A stretch of 64,000 bases of DNA from Phaeosaccion multiseriatum (taxonomy: Eukaryota > Protista > Ochrophyta, other classes). The notes below the pieces were generated by a model. It was not told the DNA's origin, ran no database searches, and was given only the letters and a program-made list of their open reading frames with translations. How positions within the stretch are numbered: position 1 is the first letter of the stretch; each line of letters begins with the position of its first letter. Shown here one piece after another: positions 1-12,118 of the stretch. Made by a program: the position numbers and the translations under genes. The DNA is taken from assembly GCA_965112735.1 (NCBI GenBank), contig OZ218965.1, positions 62,001-126,000 on the forward strand, in the 5' to 3' direction.

Positions 1-223
1 AAGGGGTATGTAGGCGGTATGTAAGGGGTATGTAGGCGGTATGTAAGGGGTGTGCAAGTGGGTGGTGAGGGCCGGGGGGGGGGGGGGGGTGGGGAGCAAG
101 ACAAGCAAAAGTTTGGGCAGACATAAAGAGACCTTGACACACGCGAAGGGAGTGGGGGACACACACAACACGCACAGATGCACACACAGACGCACGCACA
201 GACGCACGCACAGACGCACGCAC

Positions 224-281
224 CGTCGACTCCGCTCTTGTTCCTGGCGCCCTTCGCCTCCAGCTCCGCCAAAGTGTCCAT
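224..281 (-). CDS. Possible exon (MDTLAELEAKGARNKSGVD) of a gene continuing past the left window edge
   Basis: ATG at 281, coding-like codons, then a GTGCGT donor at 223 and a TG-rich intron-like tract. No recognisable domain. Confidence 0.3.
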
Positions 282-778
282 AAAGGACCTTTCTACCCTT
301 CCTTTCTTCCTCTCTTCTTCCTACTGCTATTCATTCTACTGTTGTTGCTGTTGTTGTTCCTGCTGCTACTGCTGCTGCTGCTGTCCGCACCACCGCTGCC
401 GTGGTCGGGACTCGGCCTCTTCCTCCTCCTCCTCCTCCTCCTGGCGCTGCTGTATCACCAACTGCTGCACGTCCATGCCTCTCTGCCCTGAAGAGGGGGG
501 CCGCACAGACCACAACGCTCGGAGGAGTGTTCCGAGGAGAGTTCCGAGGAGAGTTCTTGGTCGGCAGAGAGGAGTGTTCCGAGGAATGTTCTTGGTCGGC
601 AGAGGACCTCTCACCCACTCAAAACAGCAGGGGAGACCGCGAAACAAACTGAACCGAAAGCTGAAGCTGGAATTTCAAATTGAGGGCCGAGAGAGAGAGA
701 GAGAGATAGCTGACACCGAAACTGTCCCTTCATTCTTCTGGAGAGGACTGGTACTGAAACTGTTTGTCCCTGTGCCTA

Positions 779-3700
779 TCACCAGTAGAATGTCCCCGGC
801 AGGTACTTGTTGACGAGGGGCTCGAGCCACGCACGCGCCTGTGGAACAGAGGGCGCTTGGCGGGAGGGAGGGAAGCTCGACCCGGGGGGGCTCGACCCGG
901 GGGGGCTCGACCCGAGGGGGTTGCACATGCTCACGCTGCGGACAGTGGCTCTGGAGGGAGGGAGGGAAATATCACCGGGGGGGGGGGGGTAAGCGGTGTC
1001 AGGACGGGGAACCGTTTGCACACTCGTCTCTTTGCCCGCACTCCCTCTGCCTCTCGCTCCCTCTCGCTCCCTCTCCCCCTCTCTCCCGGTCCCTCCCCGC
1101 CCTCCCCTCCCTCCCTCCTCCCTCCCTCCCTCCCTCCCTCCCTCCCTCCCTCCCTCCCTCCCTCCCTCCCTCCCTCCCTCCCTTCCCCTCACTCTGCCTC
1201 ACCTCCTCACAGCGTCGAACTGCTGCACCTTGCCGAGTACCTCCCTGTCCCTGTCACTCTCGAGCTCTCGATACGCCCCTCTGGCGTGCCACAGCTCTAG
1301 GGGCCAGTAACGCACCAGAGAGAGAGCCTCCGGGGGGAGGTGGTTGCTGGGATGGCAGTGGATGGCAGTGGATGGCAGTGGATGGCAGTGGATGGAAGTG
1401 GATGGCATATGGGCACCGGAGAGTGTCAGGACGGGTTAGGGTTAGGGTTGGGACCAACACCCAATAAGGAGGGCTGCCTGCCCGCATGCCTGCCCCCCCT
1501 GCCCTCCTTGCCTGTCCCACTCCTCGTATCACCAACTGCTGAACTGACCTGGAGCGTTTGTTGCTGAGCACCGCGTGAAGGTACTCGGTGCCTGCCCATG
1601 GCAGCAGCACGGCATCCAACCCGCACCCCGCACAGTTCATACCCAAGGGGGGCACACTGTAGAGGGGGTGCAGGCAGTCGGAGTTGAGCTGCAGGGGAGA
1701 GGAGGGCAGGGCAGGGGGGTAGGAGGGCAGGGCAGGGGGGTGGTCCCACATGGTTCCAGATGGTTCCAGATGGTCCCAGATGGAAAAAGGGCAAATCGTC
1801 CGACATGGTCCCAGATGGTAGGAAGAGGGTCAGTCAGAGGCAGACAAGAGCTGTCCCCCATACTCGGGCATATGGGCGGCGTGGCAAAACAGCAAGAGCC
1901 CCCACAGCGCCCTAAAAGGGCTCTTGGCCGTGTGTGGTGACCGCTCAGCTCCCCTCTCCTCCCGTCCCTCCTCTCCCCATCTACTGCATCTCTTTCCCGT
2001 CCGCTCCCCATCCACTGCCATCCATCCATCGTCATCCCTGCCCCTCCATCCACTGCCATATCCCCTCTCCATCCACTGCCATCCCCCCCCCCCCCCCTAC
2101 CTGGTGGTACTCGCGGCAGGCGATACCCTCTGGGAAGGGCGCCCCCACTACCCATTGGGACTCCGAGAAGGCATTCTCGCGGGCCTCCCTCAACCTCTCG
2201 AAGCTGCCTCTCTGCTGAGGCTGTACGACCAACTGCTGTGGCTGTGACTCTTGTGCTTGTTGTTCGCGGCTGTCGCCATCGCCATCGCTCCGGTCTTTCC
2301 CCACCCCTCCCTCTGAGTCCTGAGCCTCCCCCCGTCCCTCTGTGTCCATCCCTGTGTCCTGACACCCGTTGTGGCGTGTGAGAGACAGCAGCGCACCCAT
2401 CCCATGCACGAGACCCACCACCTGCAGGCATATGGGCAGGGGTGCGTTAGAGGCATATGGGCAGGGCTGCATTAGAGGGGCGCAGGAGGGTGCTGCATGA
2501 ATAGATTGAGGTGCCTGAGGTGGAGGGGAAAGGGCGCAGAAGAAAGACAACAAAGAGCATACAGCACACAGGCATATGGGCATACGGGCATATGGGCCTG
2601 ACAGGGTGTGTGCGTGCATGCGTCCCCCTCTTACCTGCATCCAATCGGGGAAGCCTTTGTCCCTGAGGTCCTGTGCTGTGAGCAGGAGGAGCTCCAGCAC
2701 CGTCACGTGGAGCTTGCAGTAGGGAAAGCGCATGTCCTGCAGCCGCTCCAGGGCCTGCCACATGGAGAGGTTCAAGCACACACCCCCTGCCACATCGGAC
2801 TCGTATCTACAAGGGAGGGACGGAGGGAGGGAGGGAGGGAGGAGCAGGGAGGGAGGGGGGGGGGGAGAGGGAGGGAGGGAGGGAGGGAGGGAGGGACGGA
2901 GGAAGAGAGGGAGAAAGGGAGAGAGAGGAGGCAGGGGGAGAGAGGGAGAGTGCGGGAGAGAGGCGCAGAGAAGGGAGAGAGAGGGAGGAGGTAGAGAGGG
3001 AGAGAGGGAGAGAGGGAGAGAGAGGGAGAGAGGGAGAGAGGGAGAGAGGGAGAGAGGTAAAGAGAGAGAGAGGGAGAGAGGGAGAGAGGGAGAGAGGGAA
3101 AGAGAGAGGGAGAGAGAGAGAGGTAGAGAGGGAGAGAGGGAAAGAGAGGGAGAGCGGTCGCGTTGAGGTTGAGGCCAGCGTGACACGATATCCCTCCTCT
3201 GTCGCCCCGGCATCTGCTGCCATCTAGGGCACCTCCTTTCCCTGCTACCCACCCACTGCCCATCCACTGCCCATCCACTGCCATCCATTGCCATCCACTG
3301 CTATCCACTGCCGTGTACCTGGTCCTCTTTCCCCTGACGTAATCGACGGTCTGCCTCTCGCACATGCGCTTCTGTCGCTGCTGCACGCTAACCATGAGGT
3401 CCTGACACTCTTGAGAGCGCGAGGAGTCCTCCCATCCGCTGCCATCCTCCTCCCCCCCGAGGGGGCCTTCCTCATCGCTCACCAGCCCCACAAATGTGTA
3501 CACGCCCCTGCACAGAGCACACAAGGGATGGGGTCACGCACACACACAAACACGAGATGGGGTCACGCACACACACAAACACGAGATGGGGTCACACACA
3601 CACAAGAACGAGAAAGAGAGGACGGAAACGCGAGAGAGAGAGAGAGAGCGCAAAAGAGAGGTAGAGAGAGGTGAAGTCCCTGCTGAAGCACCAACCTGTC

Positions 3701-6700
3701 GGTGTCGATGTTCCAAATGGCGGGGTTGGGCGTGGTGGTGATGGCCCCTCCCTCCTCGTCCAGGCACAGGTACTGCCCGTGGGAGGTGCGCAGTAAGAAG
3801 AGGGACGTGCAGCCGCAGGGGCCGTCCGCTGCCATCCCCTCCGTCCCCACCCCCTCCCCATCTGCTGTCATTTCCTCAGGGGCTGTGGCAGCGCGGCACC
3901 TCCCGCACATGTGCGCCTGGACGCAAAACGCCTCCTGACATACCATTGATATGCCATTGACATACCATTGACATGCCATTGATATACCATTGATGTGCCA
4001 TTGACATGCCATTGACATACCATCAGAGCAGAGGCATCATATAGAGGTATGCGGGTGTGCGGGTAAACGGACAGAGCAGGGTAGAGGTGTATGGGTAGGG
4101 CAGAGCAGACATTTATGGGCAGGGCAGGGCAGGGCGCGGTCTCGTCAGTGATCAGTCTGTGTACATCTCCCCTCCCCCGGGGGCCACTCATCCATTCACT
4201 CACTCGCTCACTCACTCACTCACTCACTCACTCACTCACTCACTCACTTACTCACTAACATATTTCTCCCGCACCACAACGACTCACCCAGGTGCTGTCC
4301 CAGCGTCTGTCTGCGGTGACCCTCCCGTCGGGCTCTGCGCAGAGAAAGTTGCCATACACGGACTCAAAATAGACCATCTCTCCCTGCTGCTGCAGCACCC
4401 AGTGACCGTCCACTGACGTCCCTTGCTCTTGCTGCTTGCACTCCTCCTCCTGCCCCCCCCCCCTCTCTCCCTGCTGCTCGGGTTGGTTCTCCAGCACTTC
4501 CACCGAATCGCCAAGGGTCTGACCGAAAGAGCCGTCTTGACGGGGCCGAATCACACGGCCACCCTGTTTGGTGTTTTTGTTTTTGTTTTTGTTTTGGTTG
4601 TTAGTGCCGTACGCAGGCAAGTGAAAGGAGAGAGAGCGGATTTAGGGGCAAATGGGGAGGGGAGGGAAGGAGGGAGGGTGGGCGTTGGCTAGAAGACAAC
4701 ATTGGTCAACCCTCTCTAACCCTCTCTAATCCTCTCTAATCCTCTCTAACCCTCTGCAACCCTTTCTAACCCTCTCTAATCCTCTCGAACCTCTCTCTCT
4801 AACCTCTCTAACCCTCCTAATCCTCTCTAACCCTCTCCAACTCTCTCTAACCCTCTCCAACTCTCTCTAACCCTCTCTAACCCTCTCTAACCCTCTCCAA
4901 CTCTCTCTAACCCTCTCCAACTCTCTCTAACTCTCTCTAACCCTCTCTAATCCTCTCTAACCCTCTCTAATCCTCTCTAATCCTCTCTAACCCTAACCCT
5001 CTCTAACCCTCTCTAACCCTCTCTTGCAGCCTCCCTCCCCTCCTGCGTTGTGCGCCGCCTCCCGCCTTCATCAGCCGCGACAGACAGAGCAAGCAAGCAG
5101 CAAGCAGCAAGCACCCGTGCTATCCCTGCTCTGCGCACCCCTCCCCCTAGGCATCAACACCTCCCCCCCCTTTCTCCCTCTTGACTCATTCACACTCACC
5201 TTGGAGCAGAAGAGCATGATGCCGAAGGTGAAGGCGCTGTCCCTGTCTCTGTCGCCGCTTCCTCTGTAGAACTCGTACAGGTTCACTTCTCGGGAGTCTT
5301 CCTCTCCGCCCCCCCCGGGGTAGCCCCCTCCGGGGCAGAGGCGCTTCACCATGGGCACTTTGCGCAGCGTGGAGTCGTGGTGGTGCAGATACTGAGGGCG
5401 TGAAGGGGTGAGGGGGAGGGGGTGAGGGGGGGTGGGGGGGTGGGGGGGCGGCAGGGAAGGCAGTGGTACGTGTGTGTTTGTTTCGCCCGACGGACTGACA
5501 CTCCTGACACTCCTGACACCTATGCCCACACTGTATCCCCTGAAGCCGTATGCATACTACGAACTTACACACACACATACATACACACAAACCTACATAC
5601 TCCCGCACATACTCATACACATACATACCCACATACCCACACGCACGCACAAATACACACCTACATACATACACACACTCACGTACACATACATGCACAC
5701 ATACATACATACACACATACATAGACATACATACACACATACATACATACATACATACATACACTCACGTACACATACATACATACATACATACATACAT
5801 ACATACATACATCCATACATCCATCACATATACTCGTCACGTACCTGCACTTTGGCTCCCGCCTTGACTTGGAAGCCGAGGCGCTCGTAGTACCCGATTA
5901 GCCTAAGGGGGGGTAGACCGATGGCAGTGGATGGGGGGCGGGTCGGACAGGTGTGGGGCGTCCGGCAAGAGGGGAAGGCACCGAAGACAGTCCGCCATGC
6001 GTCGTACGGGAACAAATCAAAACAGAACAGAACAGAACAGAAGCGAAGAGAAGAGAAGAGTGAACAGATGCCCCATGCCCCCACCTCCAGACTAAGAGGC
6101 CCATAGAAGTTAGAGTGTCCCTACACGGGGTCTCCTCTTCGACTGGGCAGTGGAACAGGAGGCACAACGGGGCACCGGTGGAAAGACAAGAGGAGAAAAA
6201 AAAACACCGCCGCGATGGGGCAACGCACGCACCTGTTGTGCCTTCGGGTGTCCTCCTCCGCCTCGAGCCGCACTTCCTCCGCCCCGACGCCCCCCAAAGT
6301 GGCGAACGCCTCTCGCAGCATCACCACCCCCAGCCCCATGCCGCGGTGTGAGGTGTCCACACGCACGGACTTGATGTGGCCCCACCTCCTGCCCTTCCCG
6401 AGTGTGAACACCAGCTTCCCCACATTCTTCTCCACCAGTGCTCGGCCGTTCTTGTTGCTGCTTCCACTTGCTACGCCCCTCACAAGTTGGGACACCACGC
6501 AGCTGATCTCTCCCGTCGCACGATTGCGATACGTGCGCAACGTGGCCGCACTCCTTCCCTGCAGTAGCTGAGTCGGCCTCCGGGTGGGCGGCTGAGCATG
6601 GCGGTGAGTAGCAGCGTCAATCTTTATTCGCTTGCCCGCCGCCGTCGCGACCGCTGCTTGGCCCACATGATGCTGCTCCGCCAACGACCCTTCCTGCCCC

Positions 6701-6792
6701 CCCCCCCCCTTCCCCGGCCCAGCTTCTGCGGCTGCTGCTGCGGCTACTGCTGCTGCGGCTACTGCTGCTGCGCGCGTCGTCCCGCTCTCCAT
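779..6792 (-). CDS. Multi-exon fusion protein: GNAT N-acetyltransferase + fascin-like beta-trefoil repeats + myo-inositol oxygenase (MIOX)-like domain
   Basis: Phase-consistent GT-AG exons: 6792-6233, 5902-5845, 5391-5200, 4563-4288, 3934-3696, 3507-3319, 2806-2635, 2421-2101, 1688-1549, 1346-1203, 950-779. GNAT: VRVDTSHRGMGLG and YYERLGF. Fascin-like: YGNFLCAEPDGRVTADRRWDSTWEAF and RTSHGQYLC. MIOX-like: RQTVDYV, SMWQALERL, FPDWMQVVGLVH, GCGLDAVLLPW, WHARGAYR, LVNKYLPGTFYW*. Confidence 0.8.
4710..5023. repeat. Degenerate (CCCTCTCTAA)n 10-mer array, telomere-repeat-like, inside an intron
   Basis: About 30 visible units with variants and one CCCTAA, lying in the intron at 4564-5199. Confidence 0.85.
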
Positions 6793-6989
6793 GTTCCTTT
6801 TATAATGGCGTTCATATGCGGTTGAATTAAACGACTTCAATGTATGTCCCGACGAAGCAATTGCTCATCCACAGATCACAGATAATTACTTTTGCCACCC
6901 CTGGGTAATTTGGATAGAATTAGGATTTTCTCTGGTGCTTGGCCGCCCCCCCTCCCCCCTCCCAGTGTGTGTGTGTCCTTTAACCCGCG
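6793..6989. promoter_or_regulatory. Short bidirectional promoter region between the GNAT-MIOX gene and RPS6
   Basis: Divergent ATGs at 6792 (-) and 6990 (+), separated by about 200 bp of relatively AT-rich sequence. Confidence 0.55.
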
Positions 6990-9900
6990 ATGAAGGTAAG
7001 GTCGTGCTGCTTGCTAACTCATGCTGCTTGATCCTCTCCTTGTTGGAGTCCTCCTGGCGCAGTGCTGGGCAGCGGCGGGCGACGTCGACGTGGGGAGAGG
7101 TGGTGGGAGGGAGGGGGGGAGAAGGGACGAGGGGGACGTAGCAGCAGCAGCGGCGGTGTTAGCAGCGCCGGCAGAGCTAGCAACAGCAGTAGTGGGGCGT
7201 GTATTGTATTCTGCGAGAGAGACGGAGACCGGATGCGCTATGTTCGTCAAAGGGAGTCTCTTTCACGAGCAAATCCTTGGGAAGACAGGGAGAGGAGTGA
7301 GAAGGGAAAAGAGAGAGCAGTTGGGACGAGGGCAAGCTCAATCGACGCTGTGAGCTGGCTTGATTATGTTCGCGGGGCGCAGGGACTGCTTTGCGTTGAG
7401 GTGGGCGTGCCTTGTGCTTTCATGCCCGCGTGCGTGACCAGGGCAGGGCTTTCGGGTATTGAGGCTGGGTGCGTCCGTGGCGGAACGGAGAGGGAGCACA
7501 GCGGCAGTTTGCGGCAACCCATTCGACTGTTTTCGCTGGTGTGGAAGGTCGTGCGAGGAATATTCCGTCTGGACGCCAGAGCAGAGATTGCGCTTTGTCG
7601 TGGTCTGTGAAGACCAAGATAGACAACGACAGAGGGACTACCGCTGCAGCCGCGCAGAGAAGCCACACTGATCCACGTGGCGCCTGGGCCTGTGTTATCG
7701 CACCCTGCTGCCGTCGCATGTCTCCTCCGCCCTCCCGTACCAACCACGTTCCTTCCACACGGTTGGCTTAAACCCGTCCTTCTCTCTCGCCCCCCCCCTG
7801 CCCCCCCCTTCTCCGTCGCTCAGTTGAACATTGCGAACCCCTCCACGGGGGCTCAGAAGTTCCTCGAGATCGATGACGAGAAGAAGCTGTAAGTGTGTGT
7901 AAGTGGGTGTCAGTGTGAGTGGGCCTAGAGGCGTGCTCACTACTGCTCACTACTGCTTGACAGGAGCTGTCTTGTGTAGCACAGGATGGGATGGGACAGG
8001 CTTACTTACGGGAGTGCTGGCGCTCCTGCGGGATCGCCTGCCTGCCTGCGCCTCATTTGCAGTCTGTCGTGCTTCACGTCGCAGCAAACAAGCTTCATCG
8101 ACGTACATCACTGTCGTCCTCCTTGCGTCACCCTTCCCCTACCTACCCTTGCACTCACTCACTCACTCATTGCTGCTCGTCCTTGTCCCTCTCTCCTCGT
8201 GTTGCAGGCGTGCTCTGTACGACAAGCGCATCTCGCAGGAGGTCGAGGGAGAGAACCTTGGCGATGAGTTCGCCGGATACGTGAGTCGAGAGAGAGAGAC
8301 GAGTGGGGAGGAGGAGAAGGACTAATTCGCCGGTTATGTGGATGTTCCATATGTCATCGTCGGTCGGGCCGCGCCGCCGTTGCGCTTCAGGCATTTGCCA
8401 TTACCAATCCTCTCTCTCTCTAACTATCCCACGCTGGAACTGCCACACAACGCGGGAGGGAAGGAATACGTCTAGCATGCAGTCAAACTCAAACTCTTCA
8501 AAGTGGATAGCCAAGTGTCTCACCACGTGTTTCTCTGGACGCTGTTCCCTGCCCATGCCTTTGCCCATGCATTTGCCTTTTGCCTCGCCCTGCCCCCCCC
8601 TCCCTGCTCCTCAGGTCTTCCGCATCTCGGGCGGCAACGACAAGCAGGGCTTCCCCATGAAGCAAGGAGTGCTCTCCAACCAGCGCGTCAGCCTCCTGCT
8701 GCACAAGGTAGAGGCATATGGGTGTGTGTGTGCGCTGCTGTCTCGGTAGGCATATGGGTGTGTCAGCACGTTGTGTGTCTGCGCGCGTCACCAGTCCGCT
8801 GCTGGCAGCCCTCCACTGCCATCCCGAAGGCTCTGGATTCGCCACGAAGGCTCTGTTGCCGTGATCTCCCGATGCTGCTGTCCTCGGCTCCCCCATTCAC
8901 TGTCTTCTATCCTCTGTTTCCCTGCCCCTCTTGCCATGCCTCCACCCCCCTCCCCCCCAGGGCATGTCCTGCTACCGCCAGCGTCGTGACGGAGAGCGCA
9001 AGCGCAAGTCCGTGCGAGGATGCATCGTCGGAGCTGACCTCTCCGTGCTCAACCTGGTGGTAAGTGTGTGTGTGTGTGTGTTTGCAATCAGAGGTCTGCC
9101 GCAGCTTGGGCAGAGATGCAATGGGTCACTTCGCTCCGACCTCCTTCGTACCTCCGACTCCGACCTCCATCCGGCGTCCCTTCTGCTCTTCCATCCTTCA
9201 CTCACTCACTCACTGCCTGCCCCTGCCCCTGCTCCCCCCCCCCCCCCTTACCTCCCTCCCCCACCTCTCCCACCCCCTCTGCCCCTCCACTGCCATCCCA
9301 CCCGAACAGGTGAGCAAGAAGGGCGAGCAGGAGATCCCCGGCCTCACTGACGAGAACATCCCCCGCCGCCTCGGCCCTAAGCGAGCCAACAAGATCAGGA
9401 AGCTCTTTAACCTGACCAAGGTGCGTCACTTCAGTGATGCCGTCAAGAGAGCGAGCGCCCTGATACTTGAGAGTTGCTGTTGCATTTACAGTTACATTTA
9501 CAAAAGCCCCTCTCTCCTGTGTGTGGTGGCGGCGACTTCTTTTGCTTGCTGACTTCGTGAGGGAGCCCCGTCCGTTAATTATACCTGACCGGCCCCGCCT
9601 CTACTCTCCCCATCCATCCCCGTCTTCCCCTCTCTTGCGCTCCCCTCGCTATCCACTGCCATCCCTTCTCTTGTGGTGCCACAGGACGATGACGTGACCA
9701 AGTACGTCATCGCGCGCAAGTTCGAGCGCAAGAACGGCAAGACCGTGACCAAGAGGCCGAAGATCCAGCGCCTAGTCACCCCGCAGGTGCTCCAGCGCAA
9801 GCGAGCCCGTGCCGCCGACAAGGTGAGGAGGAGGGAGGGAAAGGGAGATGGAGAGAAGTAGGGAGGGAAATGGAGAGAAGGAGGGAGATGGAGAGAAGTA

Positions 9901-10299
9901 GGGAGGGAGAGGGAGATGGAGAGAAGTAGGGAGGGAAATGGAGAGAAGGAGGGAGAGGGAGATGGAGAGAAGTAGGGAGGTGGGCGAACCTTCAGGCTGT
10001 GTGGTGGGCACAGCGTTGAGTGAGAGGGCCTTTGCCATCAGGACAGGCCAGGCACACACACGCACAAGCACACACATACGCACGCACGCACACAGAGGCC
10101 AGACAATGGGCAGGGCTATCGAAGTGAGGGTCCACTTGTTTTTATCCCTCATGTAGCTCCACCACTCGGGAAGAAACCCCCATCCCTCCTTCCTCTGTCG
10201 ATGCTGACCGCTGTCTCTCTCTCTCTCCCTCTCTCTCTCCTTCTCTTTCTCTCCCTCTCTCTCTCTCTCCTTCTCTCTTCTGCCTCTCTCTCTCTCTCG

Positions 10300-10330
<31 letters not shown>

Positions 10331-10359
10331 TTGTCTCCCTCTCTCTCGTCTCTCTCTCT

Positions 10360-10402
<43 letters not shown>

Positions 10403-10598
10403 CCCTCTCTCTCTCTCTCTCTCTGTCGTCACTCTCTTCCTCTCTCCTTCTCAGAAAAAGGGTCAGGCGAAGGCCAAGAGCGAGAAGGCGGAGTACGAGC
10501 GCCTGCACGCCATGCGCGTCAAGGAGGCCAAGGAGGAGCGCAGGTCCATGATCAGCAAGCGGCGCTCTTCGCGCAGGGCCAGCTCCAAGAAGGAGTAG
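6990..10598 (+). CDS. RPS6: 40S ribosomal protein S6 (eS6)
   Basis: Exons 6990-6995, 7824-7888, 8208-8280, 8615-8707, 8961-9059, 9310-9420, 9685-9822, 10455-10598. They give [14 protein letters not shown]..., [54 protein letters not shown] and C-terminal [12 protein letters not shown]. Confidence 0.97.
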
Positions 10599-11396
10599 AG
10601 TAGAGCTTTCGAGCCTTCCTTCTATCCTTCTCACCCTCTGCTTCGCCCCTGCCTTGTTGCCTTCTCTTGTGGAGAGGAGGAAAGGGGCAGGGGCACTAGC
10701 TGCGGGGGGCGGCAGCCTTTAATGGGGTAATGAGACTATGACACACGTTTTCTTCCTTTTTTTGATCGCGGCGAGAACGAGAGACACAGTACTCACGCGA
10801 GATGGTCGAGGCACCCACCTTCCTTCCTCCTCTAAACTCCGAACTCACCGCTCATTTGGGTGGAAGTGCAGATCCATTTTCGGGTCTTGTCCCTCGGGTA
10901 GTTTTTCGAGAATTGGGGTGCCTCGTGAAATTTTCAGCCGACTCCACATTTGGAGGCATACGGCTCCCTTTTTTAAGGGTCTGAGCGCAGAAGGGGTTAA
11001 AGCGGAGAGGATAGGCAGTAAGACAGTAGCAGCACCGAGAACTGGGGGAGAGGGGCAGGGAGAGCAGAGGGGACTGACCCTGTGAAGAGGGAGAGTGGTC
11101 GTTGATCGCAGCCACACGGACCAACATCGGGTTGGTATCTCGGTGTTAAAAAGACCAGCGAACAGCCGCCGGTAAGGAGCGAAGAGTGGCGGAGAGAGGG
11201 ACGTCACAGGTACTTAGAGATAGTCGGCTCCCCTCCCACCTCATACTGCCCGTATATCTCACCTTGAATGGAGTGCACTCATTCTTGAGGACCGCAGACA
11301 AGATCGTCCCCCCTCAGGCTTTCCCTTCTTTTCGCTGTTCGGCGCTCATCGCTCATCCTTCTCTAGGGCCACGCAGGAAGGGAAGCGGCAGGACAG

Positions 11397-12082
11397 ATGG
11401 CATCTGCAAATAGCCAACGCAGGGGGGACTTCATCAAGCAAGAGATTGTCCATGCTCAGGTTCGTGGTTGGCTGAAAGGAGGGGAAGAGTGGAGGATTGA
11501 GGATTGTTCCGATACGCATGTCACTCATCGTCCCGCCCCCCGCTTGGCTTTGCCGCTGCGCTCGCTCAGGTGCGGGAAGAGCTGGTGAAGGCGCATTCTT
11601 TCCGGTACTCCGCCGCCGCCGAGGAGCAGAGGAAGGATGCTCCTCCGGCGCTGAACCAAATCACATCCAAGAAGAAGGACGCCATGTCGGACCGTCTCGT
11701 GGGTACCGGCCCTCTGTCCACAGACGCCGTGGACAAGGGCTTCAAACTGCGCGGCGGGAGCAATAATGAGGACGACGATATCACCAAGGCGGTGCGGCTG
11801 CAGATCAAGCGCGACTTCCCCATGGGTGGGTGTCAACAGGAGGGTCCTCAGAGACCGGAGGAGTCGAGGAGGGGAATGCGAGGGGCGGGAGGAGGGTCTT
11901 AGGTGTAGGCGGGGTGCAGGATGCGGATGGCAAAAGATGCAGCTGGGACGGGAGGTGTTTTGGCTGTGCGGCACTTGAGTGAGCCGTGTAGCTGTAGTGT
12001 GTGTGTGTGTGCTCCCTCAGTGGGTGTGGAGGGCCACCCGCCCACCGAGTGGAGCGCGCCTACCTTGCCTGCCTTGCCTATC

Positions 12083-12118
<36 letters not shown>

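Noticed and set aside
282-480. Four in-frame TAGs inside a Gln/Glu-rich run upstream of MDTLAELEAK, suggesting TAG=Gln reassignment
   Set aside because: RPS6 ends in TAG at its expected C-terminus, and no conserved exon in the window contains an internal TAG or TAA. More likely UTR or CAG-tract decay.
9433-9463. C/D-box snoRNA in an RPS6 intron (GTGATGC...CTGA)
   Set aside because: The C box is non-consensus, the spacing is too short and I recognised no rRNA guide.
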